Source: Octopus vulgaris
Lineage: Eukaryota
Assembly: GCA_951406725.2 (NCBI GenBank)
Contig: OX597815.1
Coordinates: forward strand, 123,380,001-123,444,000
Direction: 5' to 3'
Length of the DNA stretch: 64,000 nucleotides
A program made the position numbers and the translations under genes. The notes below the pieces were generated by a model that was not told where the DNA came from, ran no database searches, and worked only from the letters and a program-made list of their open reading frames with translations. Shown here piece after piece: positions 56,701 to 64,000 of this stretch (its first letter is position 1; every line of letters begins with the position of its first letter).

Positions 56701-59700
56701 TCACACTCACAGCAAATAAATTGTAGATGAAGTGTATAGGGTTAGAAACAGTATGTTTTTTTCCACTAGATTATGAAGACATTATGAGGAGTAAGAGAGA
56801 ATAGTGTTAGCCAGCTTACACAACCACTATTTTATTATAGCTAAATTAATTTAAAATAACAAAGTTCTTTTAATAGTATGAATTTTCAACCAAAACAGTA
56901 AAAAATTAAACTCAAACTTATAGGAAATGTATTTCTAAATTTTAAATGTAAACTTACCAAATATGTGATACTGCTATTGGAACTAGGAGTAAGTATGATT
57001 GATGTATTCTGGTAATCACAGGCCACTTTTCTCACTAATGCAGGGGACAGTAGAATCATCTAAAATGAAAAAGAAAGAAAGAAAATTGAATTAAGAAGAA
57101 AAAGATTTTAAATATATTTAAATTACATTTAGTTTATATAAATAAACAAACAAACCCAAACAATTTTCTTTTATTATCTTTCTACCACTGTTACAGATTT
57201 AGAATACAAAATGTGATTTAGTATGTTCTGTAATCATTAGTTTTATGGTTTCCCATACTTTTTCATTTACTTATCATTTTTAGTCAAAATGGGTGGCAGT
57301 GCCCTCAACCCTTTATGGGGCTTCTGAGGCTGATGGGAGGGAGGAAGGTATAACAAATCAGAGACCTGATCTGAATGCTTGCAACAGAGTGAAGTCTGCT
57401 AAAGGTATCCAAGATACTTGCTGGTAGTATGGTAAACAAAGCAACAAATTAAGTTTACCAACCAAATAGACTAGTGATTCCCAACCTTTTCACTACCAAG
57501 GACCCCCTTTATTTGAGTTTTCCCATGGACTGGACCCCTTTTAATATGCTTATCCTTATATATATTTATGAAATTTTGAATTTAGTCCACAGACCCCCAT
57601 TACTACCTTTGCAGACCACCAGGGGTCCCTGGACCACAAGTAGGGAACCACTGAAATAGGCTATGGTGAGATTTGAACCCAAAATACAAAGTCAGAAAAA
57701 TACTGTAAGAAATCCAGTCTGACAGTTCTACCAGTCCATCTCTCTGGTTTTGAGTATATTTATATCAACACTGAAAGGATGCAAGGCAAATTGACTTCAA
57801 ATACTTGCATGAGTCATCATCATCATTTAATGTCCATTGTCCATGTTGGCATGGGTTGGACAGTTTGACCGGGCTGGCACGCTGGGAGGCTGCACCAGAC
57901 TCCGATGAACTTAGAAAAGAGAAGCTTTTTACAGTCTCAACCACTAACTTTCACAGTTCTTTTGGACTTTGTAATAACCCTGTTGACATACAATGAAAAT
58001 ATTTTTTATTATGCTGTTTTGCACAATATTTAGCAAGAAATTTTATGGCTACACTGCTTTCTTACAAAAACAAGCACTTTTGAAGACCAGTTTTATTTAA
58101 CATAACCCTGAGAAACTCTTTTTCAGAACACATGGCCTTCTTTACTTCCTGTTAGCTCAAACTTTTGTAAATGAAGCAAAAGAAAACAGACTTGTGTTTA
58201 TCAAGGAGACAAGCATTATAAAAGTTCACCTATTTTTAGTTTCTTTACATCTTATTGTAGCTTGAGTGAGAAAATGTCAAAACAGACTCAATGACTTTAT
58301 TGTGAACAAAAGCAAAATGAACAATTGTCAAACTTTATATCTTTATATAATATACTAGCAGCTAAGCCTGGTTTCACCCAGTCTGTTTGGATGATGTGGC
58401 TGTGATCGTCTTTGGTTAAGCATAATCTATAACAGTATTTCTCAACCTTATCATTTTGGGTCCCGTTTCGATTGGAGCCTCTTGATGTATGAAAATTTCC
58501 TGACCCCACCCCCTCCCTATCAGAAAACAGCTTCAGGAGTTGTGAAGAACGAATTTGTATGCAGTCTGTTTCTGAGAGCTATCCTATTGGACCTCTGTCT
58601 AATCATTAAAACATTGATTTAATTATGAACATAGAAATTATACATTAATTCCTATTTTTGCAAGCAGTTGTATCTGTAAAAAATTCTGCCTATTATGTAG
58701 TTTGAATGAGAAACTGTAAGATTAAGATTATTAACCCCACAAAGAGGTAAAAGAAGAGAAACAGCATAGCGAAAGTTTTGGCTGACTGTCATCCTGTACT
58801 CCCCTTGTTACTAGCAAAATGGTATGTGCCGGCTGTGTGAGCAACTGGTTGTTTTAATGGCGGAACAAACAGGGGAATTCCATTACAAAATGTTTTAATC
58901 GATTTTCTTGGTAACTATGGGGGCTAGAAAAAAAATACAAATCGCATTCCAGTTTATGCACCCGTCTCTACATGTGTGCCATTTTTCACACGAATCCACC
59001 CAGCCGTTTGGCTGTGAACCTCAAGACAAGAAATAATACAACAATTGCCCATGTCCAATTTATATTATAGATTACACACTTTATATTATTGCATCATGAT
59101 TAGCCTTTCTAAAAGTAAATGGTACTTAGGACCGAGATGGGATGTTATCCTCTAACACAAGTAGAAAATTTTAAATTTCTCTTATAATGAAATCTAATTC
59201 TCCACTTACAGTTGCACAATCAGTTCCACATTGTCTGAGCATGTTTAAGTGAAAAAATTAAAGAATTGCTTTTCAGGTAAAAGAAATTAAATATCTAAGA
59301 AAAAAAAACTACACTAATCACTTGCCATCCAAAATGACTTGGTAGCATGTACCATGCTTTTGTTAATAACTTTAAATGCCTGTGTAGTTGTGATCTGGCA
59401 CAGACATCCTCTTGGCGTTCCTGCCATTGACCAAACAGATCATTCAGAATATGACAGCTGGCAGGAGAGAGAATTGTGCTAGTACTAGACTAGCCCTTTA
59501 TCAACTTCAACAAGCTCAAAAGTAATGTTGACTTTAGTGGGATCTGAACTTAGCACAGAATCTAAGAACTCTGCCAATCAACCATCTAAAATGTGTATGA
59601 TTGAAGGTAGATTGAAGGTATTAGCATAATCTTTAGGAATGAAAATGTTTTTAACATATCTATACTACATTTGATTGATTTGACCTCTGGTTGTCCTCAA

Positions 59701-61479
59701 ATATCCTATTTTAAATATATGCATCAGACCAGACTGAATTCAGACCAGGAACTTTATTTCTAAACTAATGACAATAGTACACTGCAGCCAAGAGATTTAG
59801 TTTAATAAGGTCAATACTTCAACTGTTTCACCATCATAACTTCTCAGTTCAAGGGACAAACACCAACAAATCATCCAGAACATTATAGAACTGCTTATTT
59901 TTACTATGCATATCACAGAATGATATAATTACCTTCAAAACCTCTGCTACTTCATAAGGATCAATTTTATCAGATTTTGACACTGGTATTCCAAGAAGCT
60001 GGCGCATTACATTGAGCAATGATTCATCAAGTTTTAACTGGGGACTCTCTAGGAGCTCATATAACAAGCCTTGACCAATCATGGAAACTTCAGGAAACAT
60101 CTCAGCCTTAGGAATCAAATCTTCTGCAGAATGTTCCATCATTTCATAATTTAGATTATTCAATACATTTGCATGTAAAGCTTTAAGAGAATTTTGTTCT
60201 GTTGTATTAACATCCCTTTTCTCTCGGATTTTAAATGGTAAGTCCAATGAAGTTCCAAATAAAAGTTCATAGATCTAAATGAGAGAAATATTAAGCATTA
60301 GATACAATAAATATTTCCAATCATTCTCAATAGGTTTATAGTCATTGAAAATATTCTGCAAGACATAAAGGCAGCAAAAAAGGTTTTAATATTGTATTAA
60401 ATAGTAAAACATTCAAGAAGCTTCAAAGTTTGATGCTGACTCAGTTATGAATTAGAAAGATTATGACAATGTATAAATTCTAAAAAGCAAAATGACAACA
60501 TTGAATGTTTTCGTAACATGTCCTGGCTTTCTGGTCAGTAATTGTTTTGGCTTCTTATGTAAAGGGAAAAACAAATCCTTCTTCAACAAATTAATTCTTA
60601 AACTCATGACTGCTTATTTGTTTTTCCTAACATACTAATAGGTTTTTAATTGATCTGTACTTGCAAATATGAAAATAATATAATATACTAAAGAATAAAA
60701 AATATCAAATAAATAAAAACCTTAAAAGAATATCAATATAATAACTTGAAAAAGGATTATGGCAAAAAATACGATTTCCAGTTTAATCAAGCCATTACAA
60801 CAGATTCATAGCAGAAGAGTTCTATTGCTCCATACTTGGCACTTTTTATTCAGCATAGAATCAATATGAATGGGTGCTAAACATATTCTCTATTTTCTCC
60901 ATTTGTAATAAGCTGTACATATTGTCTATAACCGTATTTTCTGGACCTTCTATTTCTTGATTGCTTCATCAGAAATAAATTGCAGAAAGAGGTGTTCCCA
61001 CTTTTTAGAAATTACATTATGATGATTATATACATTTATGACAAATTGGTTTAGTGGTTCTGCAATACTATTGCATTATTCCATTCTCAATCAGTGAAAT
61101 ATTTATTTCTGAAACCTTATATACCACTATGGTCAAATGAGAATTAGGCAAACTTACCAGATTTTTTCACTATATGTAGTTTAATAAAGCTATTTAAGTA
61201 TTAACAGCAACATTGTAATTACTTTCTCAATTCATTTATAATGTCTTGGATAATATTGATATCAATTACTTTCTCATAATATTTATAAAGTTTTACAGAA
61301 GATATACGGGTAATGATAAGCATAAAATGGAAATTAGATTTTCTTACAGAAAATTACCTTTTTAACATTAACGGAAGCATCCAGGATGCTCTCAGCTTCA
61401 TTACTTGTTAATGACATGTTTTGCTCAAGAAAGTGCTCCAATTTATTGGTGTTACTTAACACAGAATTAAGATGAAAAT
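1897..61479 (-). CDS. ABCA2: ABCA2-like ATP-binding cassette subfamily A transporter, partial multi-exon gene (36 exons in window; 5' end and NBD2/C-terminus outside)
   Basis: Phase-consistent GT-AG exon chain with Walker A GHNGAGKT, signature LSGGM, Walker B ILDE and H-loop STHH. Segments such as [40 protein letters not shown] and [17 protein letters not shown] match my recollection of ABCA2 specifically. Confidence 0.93.
4282..4414 (-). CDS. ABCA2: ABCA2-like exon 35
   Basis: [43 protein letters not shown]; 133 nt. Confidence 0.95.
4892..5512 (+). mobile_element. Three head-to-tail copies of a SINE (family A)
   Basis: Repeated gctggcagaa..ttagca..aaatgcttag..ctgagttcaa..gactttgcctttcatcc..aagtaccag with (ATT)n tails. 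Other copies near 33740, 39265, 41811 (+) and 16780, 48790, 62955-63345 (-). Confidence 0.75.
5732..5855 (-). CDS. ABCA2: ABCA2-like exon 34
   Basis: [41 protein letters not shown]; 124 nt. Confidence 0.95.
6295..6435. repeat. Compound (TATG)n/(TA)n/(TAGA) microsatellite
   Basis: Visible directly. Confidence 0.95.
6517..6664 (-). CDS. ABCA2: ABCA2-like exon 33 (TMD2)
   Basis: [34 protein letters not shown]...YDK; 148 nt. Confidence 0.95.
7160..7710. repeat. Degenerate CA-rich minisatellite
   Basis: Recurring cagtctcatagttacatgcacacac-like units of roughly 25-30 bp. Confidence 0.8.
8598..8713 (-). CDS. ABCA2: ABCA2-like exon 32 (TMD2)
   Basis: [38 protein letters not shown]; 116 nt. Confidence 0.95.
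9098..9272 (-). CDS. ABCA2: ABCA2-like exon 31 (TMD2)
   Basis: [24 protein letters not shown]...[10 protein letters not shown]...WDM; 175 nt. Confidence 0.97.
9553..9613 (-). CDS. ABCA2: ABCA2-like exon 30
   Basis: [19 protein letters not shown]; 61 nt. Confidence 0.94.
11751..11862 (-). CDS. ABCA2: ABCA2-like exon 29
   Basis: [37 protein letters not shown]; 112 nt, after an 86-nt intron. Confidence 0.96.
11949..12054 (-). CDS. ABCA2: ABCA2-like exon 28
   Basis: [35 protein letters not shown]; 106 nt. Confidence 0.94.
12897..14587 (+). mobile_element. Non-autonomous Helitron
   Basis: 5' A^TCTCTTATTATAAAA; subterminal palindrome aggcagat-ttt-atctgcct; 3' hairpin cccgagcaacgccggg then CTAG^T; internal (CA)/(GT) microsatellites; CpG-rich. 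Confidence 0.85.
14588..15103 (-). mobile_element. 3' fragment of CR1-type LINE
   Basis: 3' end (aataatgagcttattgtacatagtactcaggtgcac) and RT C-terminal remnant are related to 18596-19050. Confidence 0.75.
16069..16267 (-). CDS. ABCA2: ABCA2-like exon 27
   Basis: SWPT...[13 protein letters not shown]...[10 protein letters not shown]...YRLH; 199 nt. Confidence 0.93.
16939..17496 (-). CDS. ABCA2: ABCA2-like exon 26 (TM7, ECD2)
   Basis: [39 protein letters not shown]...[13 protein letters not shown]; 558 nt. Confidence 0.96.
17697..18218 (+). mobile_element. Internally deleted hAT (Charlie/SPIN-like) transposon
   Basis: TIRs cagggatcagcaaact / agtttggtgacctctg; 8-bp TSD ccttataa/ctttataa; dimerisation-domain remnant [30 protein letters not shown]. 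Confidence 0.88.
18596..20566 (-). mobile_element. 5'-truncated, frameshifted CR1-type LINE (reverse transcriptase)
   Basis: [30 protein letters not shown] (about 19480-19505), [24 protein letters not shown]; (ATT)n tail; several frameshifts. Confidence 0.92.
20795..21124 (-). CDS. ABCA2: ABCA2-like exon 25 (disordered linker)
   Basis: Open polar S/N/T/E-rich frame, phase 1-1, tag/gtatg; 330 nt; alternative acceptor possible at 21115. Confidence 0.82.
21545..21835 (-). CDS. ABCA2: ABCA2-like exon 24 (regulatory domain 1)
   Basis: ...ELHYILP...[18 protein letters not shown]; 291 nt. Confidence 0.95.
22598..22783 (-). CDS. ABCA2: ABCA2-like exon 23 (H-loop)
   Basis: [38 protein letters not shown]; 186 nt. 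Confidence 0.97.
23461..23657 (-). CDS. ABCA2: ABCA2-like exon 22 (signature, Walker B)
   Basis: [43 protein letters not shown]; 197 nt. Confidence 0.97.
23760..24590 (-). mobile_element. Possible highly decayed Penelope-like retroelement fragment
   Basis: Strand-biased segment of distinct composition with only faint residual similarity to a Penelope C-terminus; no clean motif. Confidence 0.3.
24713..26148 (-). mobile_element. Non-autonomous Helitron with internal duplication and nested RTE-tail insertion
   Basis: 5' A^TCTATAAATATAAA; 3' acgagcaatgccgg hairpin remnant then CTAA^T; ~300-bp-period duplication (about 25390-25600 vs 25690-25910); RTE-tail piece at 25047-25200. Confidence 0.78.
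26189..26269 (-). CDS. ABCA2: ABCA2-like exon 21
   Basis: [26 protein letters not shown]; 81 nt. Confidence 0.95.
27520..27651 (-). CDS. ABCA2: ABCA2-like exon 20 (NBD1 Q-loop)
   Basis: [43 protein letters not shown]; 132 nt. Confidence 0.96.
27990..28198 (+). mobile_element. AT-rich dispersed MITE-like repeat
   Basis: Shares aattttgaaaa..aaattaacatgaaattt.gatggaa with about 8860-9030 (+) and about 3565-3755 (-). Confidence 0.55.
28336..28700. repeat. Polypurine (GA-rich) minisatellite followed by (GT)n
   Basis: ggagagagagtgaa-type units. Confidence 0.93.
28753..28862 (-). CDS. ABCA2: ABCA2-like exon 19 (NBD1 Walker A)
   Basis: [36 protein letters not shown]; 110 nt. Confidence 0.97.
29043..29655 (-). 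mobile_element. tRNA-derived SINE (family B), near full length, with nested insertion
   Basis: Minus-strand head GTGGCTGTGTGGTAAG (A box) ... GGTTCTGTCCC (B box) ... CCTTGGGCAGGT; central microsatellite; tail GCTCCAGCATGGCC..CAAGTAAAGAG. Head copies near 11180, 22950, 27180, 46615, 46905, 47590, 50040 (-) and 26715 (+). Confidence 0.85.
29312..29517 (-). mobile_element. Penelope-like terminal fragment with degenerate type I hammerhead motif
   Basis: TCTTT-CTGTCGA-A-GAGC GTAG GCTC-GAGAC-GTA-AAAGA at 29452-29415; inserted next to (TA)n. Confidence 0.55.
30637..30707 (-). CDS. ABCA2: ABCA2-like exon 18
   Basis: [23 protein letters not shown]; 71 nt. Confidence 0.93.
31274..31779 (-). mobile_element. 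Non-autonomous Helitron
   Basis: 5' A^TCTATATATATAAAA; 3' acaaacccgagcaacgccgggcgatactgCTAG^T; CpG-rich. Confidence 0.88.
32025..32204 (-). CDS. ABCA2: ABCA2-like exon 17
   Basis: [19 protein letters not shown]...[13 protein letters not shown]; aag acceptor; 180 nt. Confidence 0.93.
32463..32667 (-). CDS. ABCA2: ABCA2-like exon 16 (TMD1)
   Basis: [19 protein letters not shown]...WYIENVHP; 205 nt. Confidence 0.95.
34417..34567 (-). CDS. ABCA2: ABCA2-like exon 15 (TMD1)
   Basis: [30 protein letters not shown]...KSIA; 151 nt. Confidence 0.95.
34700..35640 (-). mobile_element. RTE-clade LINE 3' fragment
   Basis: [25 protein letters not shown] and [21 protein letters not shown]; (GAT)n tail; frameshifted. 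Confidence 0.88.
36297..36487 (-). CDS. ABCA2: ABCA2-like exon 14 (TMD1)
   Basis: [17 protein letters not shown]...ATICF; 191 nt. Confidence 0.95.
36632..37885 (-). mobile_element. RTE-clade LINE 3' fragment
   Basis: [42 protein letters not shown] and [11 protein letters not shown]; Cys-rich segment; 3' UTR and (GAT)n tail. Confidence 0.9.
38695..38727. repeat. (TA)n microsatellite
   Basis: Visible directly. Confidence 0.95.
39439..39553 (-). CDS. ABCA2: ABCA2-like exon 13 (TMD1)
   Basis: [38 protein letters not shown]; 115 nt. Confidence 0.95.
40335..40438 (-). CDS. ABCA2: ABCA2-like exon 12
   Basis: [34 protein letters not shown]; 104 nt. Confidence 0.95.
41343..41518 (-). CDS. ABCA2: ABCA2-like exon 11
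   Basis: [26 protein letters not shown]...YWYPGP...GFVWIQ; 176 nt. Confidence 0.95.
42081..42342 (-). CDS. ABCA2: ABCA2-like exon 10
   Basis: IQQDLK...[11 protein letters not shown]...[13 protein letters not shown]...NVSVFA; 262 nt. Confidence 0.93.
42754..43001. mobile_element. Possible MITE
   Basis: Perfect 14-bp inverted repeat GTTACTACCATTTT / AAAATGGTAGTAAC; no clear TSD. Confidence 0.45.
43858..44192. repeat. G/A-rich low-complexity tract
   Basis: Near-pure purine run with many G-tracts. Confidence 0.9.
46200..47740. mobile_element. Cluster of nested SINE and RTE-tail fragments
   Basis: RTE-tail copy (+) about 46200-46465; SINE-B heads (-) 46615-46755 and 46905-47050; SINE-B 47062-47740 interrupted by an RTE piece at 47270-47560. 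Confidence 0.75.
48127..48255 (-). CDS. ABCA2: ABCA2-like exon 9
   Basis: [43 protein letters not shown]; 129 nt. Confidence 0.92.
49537..49658 (-). CDS. ABCA2: ABCA2-like exon 8
   Basis: [40 protein letters not shown]; 122 nt. Confidence 0.92.
50302..50473 (-). CDS. ABCA2: ABCA2-like exon 7
   Basis: GSATSNS...[16 protein letters not shown]...NMNL; tag/gtaata; 172 nt. Confidence 0.85.
50815..50910. repeat. 30-bp tandem repeat, about 3 copies
   Basis: gaagactgctaaatgtgtatgtgtgtgaag-type units. Confidence 0.85.
51921..52103 (-). CDS. ABCA2: ABCA2-like exon 6
   Basis: [26 protein letters not shown]...VLDPP; tag/gtacat; 183 nt. Confidence 0.82.
53916..53978 (-). CDS. ABCA2: ABCA2-like exon 5
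   Basis: [21 protein letters not shown]; cag/gtatct; 63 nt. Confidence 0.72.
54850..55070 (-). mobile_element. Old RTE fragment
   Basis: [22 protein letters not shown] resembles the RTE copies at 35-37 kb. Confidence 0.6.
56118..56219 (-). CDS. ABCA2: ABCA2-like exon 4
   Basis: [34 protein letters not shown]; cag/gtaag; 102 nt. Confidence 0.78.
56958..57059 (-). CDS. ABCA2: ABCA2-like exon 3
   Basis: [34 protein letters not shown]; tag/gtaag; 102 nt. Confidence 0.85.
57472..57653. mobile_element. hAT-family MITE
   Basis: TIRs tagtgattcccaac / gtagggaaccactg; 8-bp TSD aaatagac/aaataggc. Confidence 0.82.
58355..59071 (-). mobile_element. Non-autonomous Helitron
   Basis: 5' A^TCTATAATATAAA; 3' ctgggtgaaaccagg hairpin then gctgCTAG^T. 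Confidence 0.78.
59933..60274 (-). CDS. ABCA2: ABCA2-like exon 2 (ECD1)
   Basis: [21 protein letters not shown]...EVAEVLK; tag/gtaatt; 342 nt, phase 0-0. Confidence 0.85.
61358..61479 (-). CDS. ABCA2: ABCA2-like exon 1 of window (ECD1)
   Basis: [41 protein letters not shown]; cag/gtaatt; 122 nt. Confidence 0.85.
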
Positions 61480-61544
61480 CTGAAAGAAAGAACAAAATGT
61501 ATAGTAAAAACTTCAAATTGAAATTGAGGTTTTTATATATATAA

Positions 61545-61546
<2 letters not shown>

Positions 61547-61588
<42 letters not shown>
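61547..61588. repeat. (CA)n microsatellite
   Basis: Visible directly. Confidence 0.95.
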
Positions 61589-61593
<5 letters not shown>

Positions 61594-63399
61594 AACAATT
61601 ATATGATAAAAATAGATAATTTTTATGAACATAATAATTTTCATTAAATACTTTCTCAGTTTTTGCTATTGATATCACAGAAATAACAGTATAATTGTTT
61701 ATCCAGATAATTGCTAAAAGCTATTTAAGATGACATTAATAAACTATGAAAAGCTATTTTAATCATGGATTCGAATTTTCTAATAGGCTTTTTAAAATTT
61801 ATAAAAGACTGCTCAAGCATAAAATATTTCAGATTTCTAAAGTTAATTTAGAAAAGAATGGAAGATTTTGTTAAGAATAAATGTGGGTTATCCCAACCAT
61901 TGCCAGTTGGTTTCTCTGTAATACCAGTTACCATTCAAATGATCAACTTTGAATAACTTGGTATTTTTAAGTATTAACATTTATAAATGTTGATATTTTA
62001 AATTTACTATGTATACTTTTACAATAAAATCATTTTATGTAATAGTAATATAAAAACATTAAAAACTAAAGTTAAAATACTAAGTAAACCAAATGTCTTT
62101 CTATAATAATTATAAGTTTTAACTGAAATTATAGTGATAATATTCACAAGGGTATATTGTAGAGAAGAATGGGGGTGGGGGCATAAATGATTTGGTAATA
62201 CATGACAATGAGCATGAAATATATAGTTGATGACAGGACCAAGAGTTTTTATAGGAATAAAACCCTAGTGTATGATTAGAAGGTTATAGAGAAAGATTTT
62301 TGGTAGGCTAAAATTTTCAGGAATAGTTTGATAATAAAGCTATTTACCATAATGCCATTGATAAAATTAAGCAAAAACATGTTTAATTCTATTTTTATTT
62401 AATCTATTATTAATAGAAAATATCAATAGATTAAATAATGTTAATTGCTAGAAAATACAAATAGTTGTATTGTAATATATGCTTGTACCAATAACAGAAG
62501 TCATTTTGAAATACATTAATAATAGTGACTATTAAATGAAAAATCTCTCTTTATATTTACTGTTTTCCTAAACTCAATACACTTCTGAAATTGATTGAAA
62601 TATTTAGATGAACTTGTGTAATTCTTAAATATTCAGAAATGATTTTTATATGGAAACAAAAAAAAAAAAATCATTTCGCAGATCAATATAAAATGTTTCT
62701 TCAGCTTCCAAAAAAGAAGAATGACAGAATTCTTGAATATTAAAATTTTACACAAGTTCATCTAAATATTTTTAATTATATTTTAACTGATTTCAGTTTA
62801 TGAAAAAATATTGATTACAATGAATAGGATATTATTGCAGAAGTATAAAAATCAATACAACCAAATCAAAAAATGAAAAGGATTTACACTTTCTTGCAAG
62901 AGCTTAACATTGATTTTTATTCTATTAAAATAGAAAATAAATAACAATATTTTCAGATTTTGACATAAGACTAACAGTTTAAAGGGGAGTGGGTAAGTCA
63001 ATTACATAGATCCCAGTGCTCAACTGGTACTTATTTTATCAGCCTCAAAAGGATGAAAGACATTGGCAAAATTTGAACACAGAACGTAAAAGGTTGAAAG
63101 AAATGCCACAACATATTTCTCAACATGTAGTCATTCTGCCAGCTCACTGCTTTAGTAGTAGTAATAATAATTCTTTCTACTGTAGACAGAAATCCTGAAA
63201 TTTGTGGAGAGGGGATTAGTCATATATTTTGATACAAGTACTCAATTGGTATTTATTAATCCCGAAAGGATGAAAGGCAAAGTTGACCATGGCAGAATTT
63301 AAACTCAGAATGTAAAGATGAAGAATATTTAAGACAATGCTAAGAAAAGAACTGTAGGGATTTACATAAAAGGAATATAAGCAATTGAAACAACAACAT

Positions 63400-64000
63400 G
63401 GAATTTAACAAATTCTCCAATTAAAGGGGAAAAACACCACCCAGGGGCAACCAAGGAATCCTGCAGATCTTGAGGCACCTTACTCATCAGGGGTACCATG
63501 AAAAGTGTTCCTCCCACCTCCTTACTTCTTAGTCAACTTAGAGCAGGCCTGTTCATTTGGATCATCCTTACCACATTCACCCACTTTCCAACAAATTTAC
63601 TGGAGAGCAGCACTTCCTTATCAAACCTCACTTTCCTTTTCAAATGGAATTTTAAAAAGTCAATGAGGACTTAACCAAAGAGAAAAGTGTGCCTTCAGTC
63701 CTTTCAGTCTTACCCACCACAAAACCTTTCTTGCCATAACCACCAGCAAAACAAAGGAAAAACTGCCTGCTTTTCCCAAACAAAGGAAAGCAACTAGGTA
63801 ATTTTCAGGATGGAGTAAGCCAACAACCAGATCCATCCTGCATGTGATAGCATCTGTTTGATGTAACTCCACAAATCAGCAATGCTCAAGCATTGTATGA
63901 GTGCATGCAGGATGGTTTTGTCACTATGCATGCATCTCAAACAGAAATTGCTAATGATATTACCATACCTGTGGAGTTTATCCCAAACAAGCTAGGATAC
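63400..64000 (-). mobile_element. Decayed LINE 3' end, probably L1/Tx1 type
   Basis: Remnant VVMARKVLWWVRLKGL and downstream FKFHLKRKVR-like frame resemble a Tx1-type ORF2 C-terminus; T-rich 3' end. Confidence 0.5.

Noticed and set aside
62890-62921. Possible 32-nt upstream micro-exon (IKINVKLLQE)
   Set aside because: AG/GT and phase are compatible, but the donor is weak and I see no recognisable ABCA2 similarity. It needs RNA evidence.

Overview
Eukaryotic, AT-rich genomic DNA, most likely from an octopus (inferred only from the SINE/RTE repeat families). The whole window lies inside one large minus-strand gene, an ABCA2-like full-size ABC-A lipid transporter. I traced 36 consecutive GT-AG exons by hand (61479 down to 1897, 5972 nt, about 1990 codons) with consistent splice phases. 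They cover exoplasmic domain 1, TMD1, NBD1, the linker, exoplasmic domain 2 and TMD2, up to the start of NBD2. The start and end of the gene lie outside the window. The introns hold decayed mobile DNA: a CR1-type LINE, RTE LINEs, a probable L1/Tx1 fragment, two tRNA-type SINE families, four non-autonomous Helitrons, two hAT elements with TSDs, a foldback element, a Penelope-like fragment with a degenerate hammerhead motif, and microsatellites. Most short ORFs in the track are spurious or repeat-derived. I cannot demonstrate a wholly new biological system. The best leads are the foldback element, the hammerhead remnant, modular SINE tails, the Helitron set and two motifs in the transporter. Comparisons to human ABCA2 and to repeat families are from memory, not from database searches.
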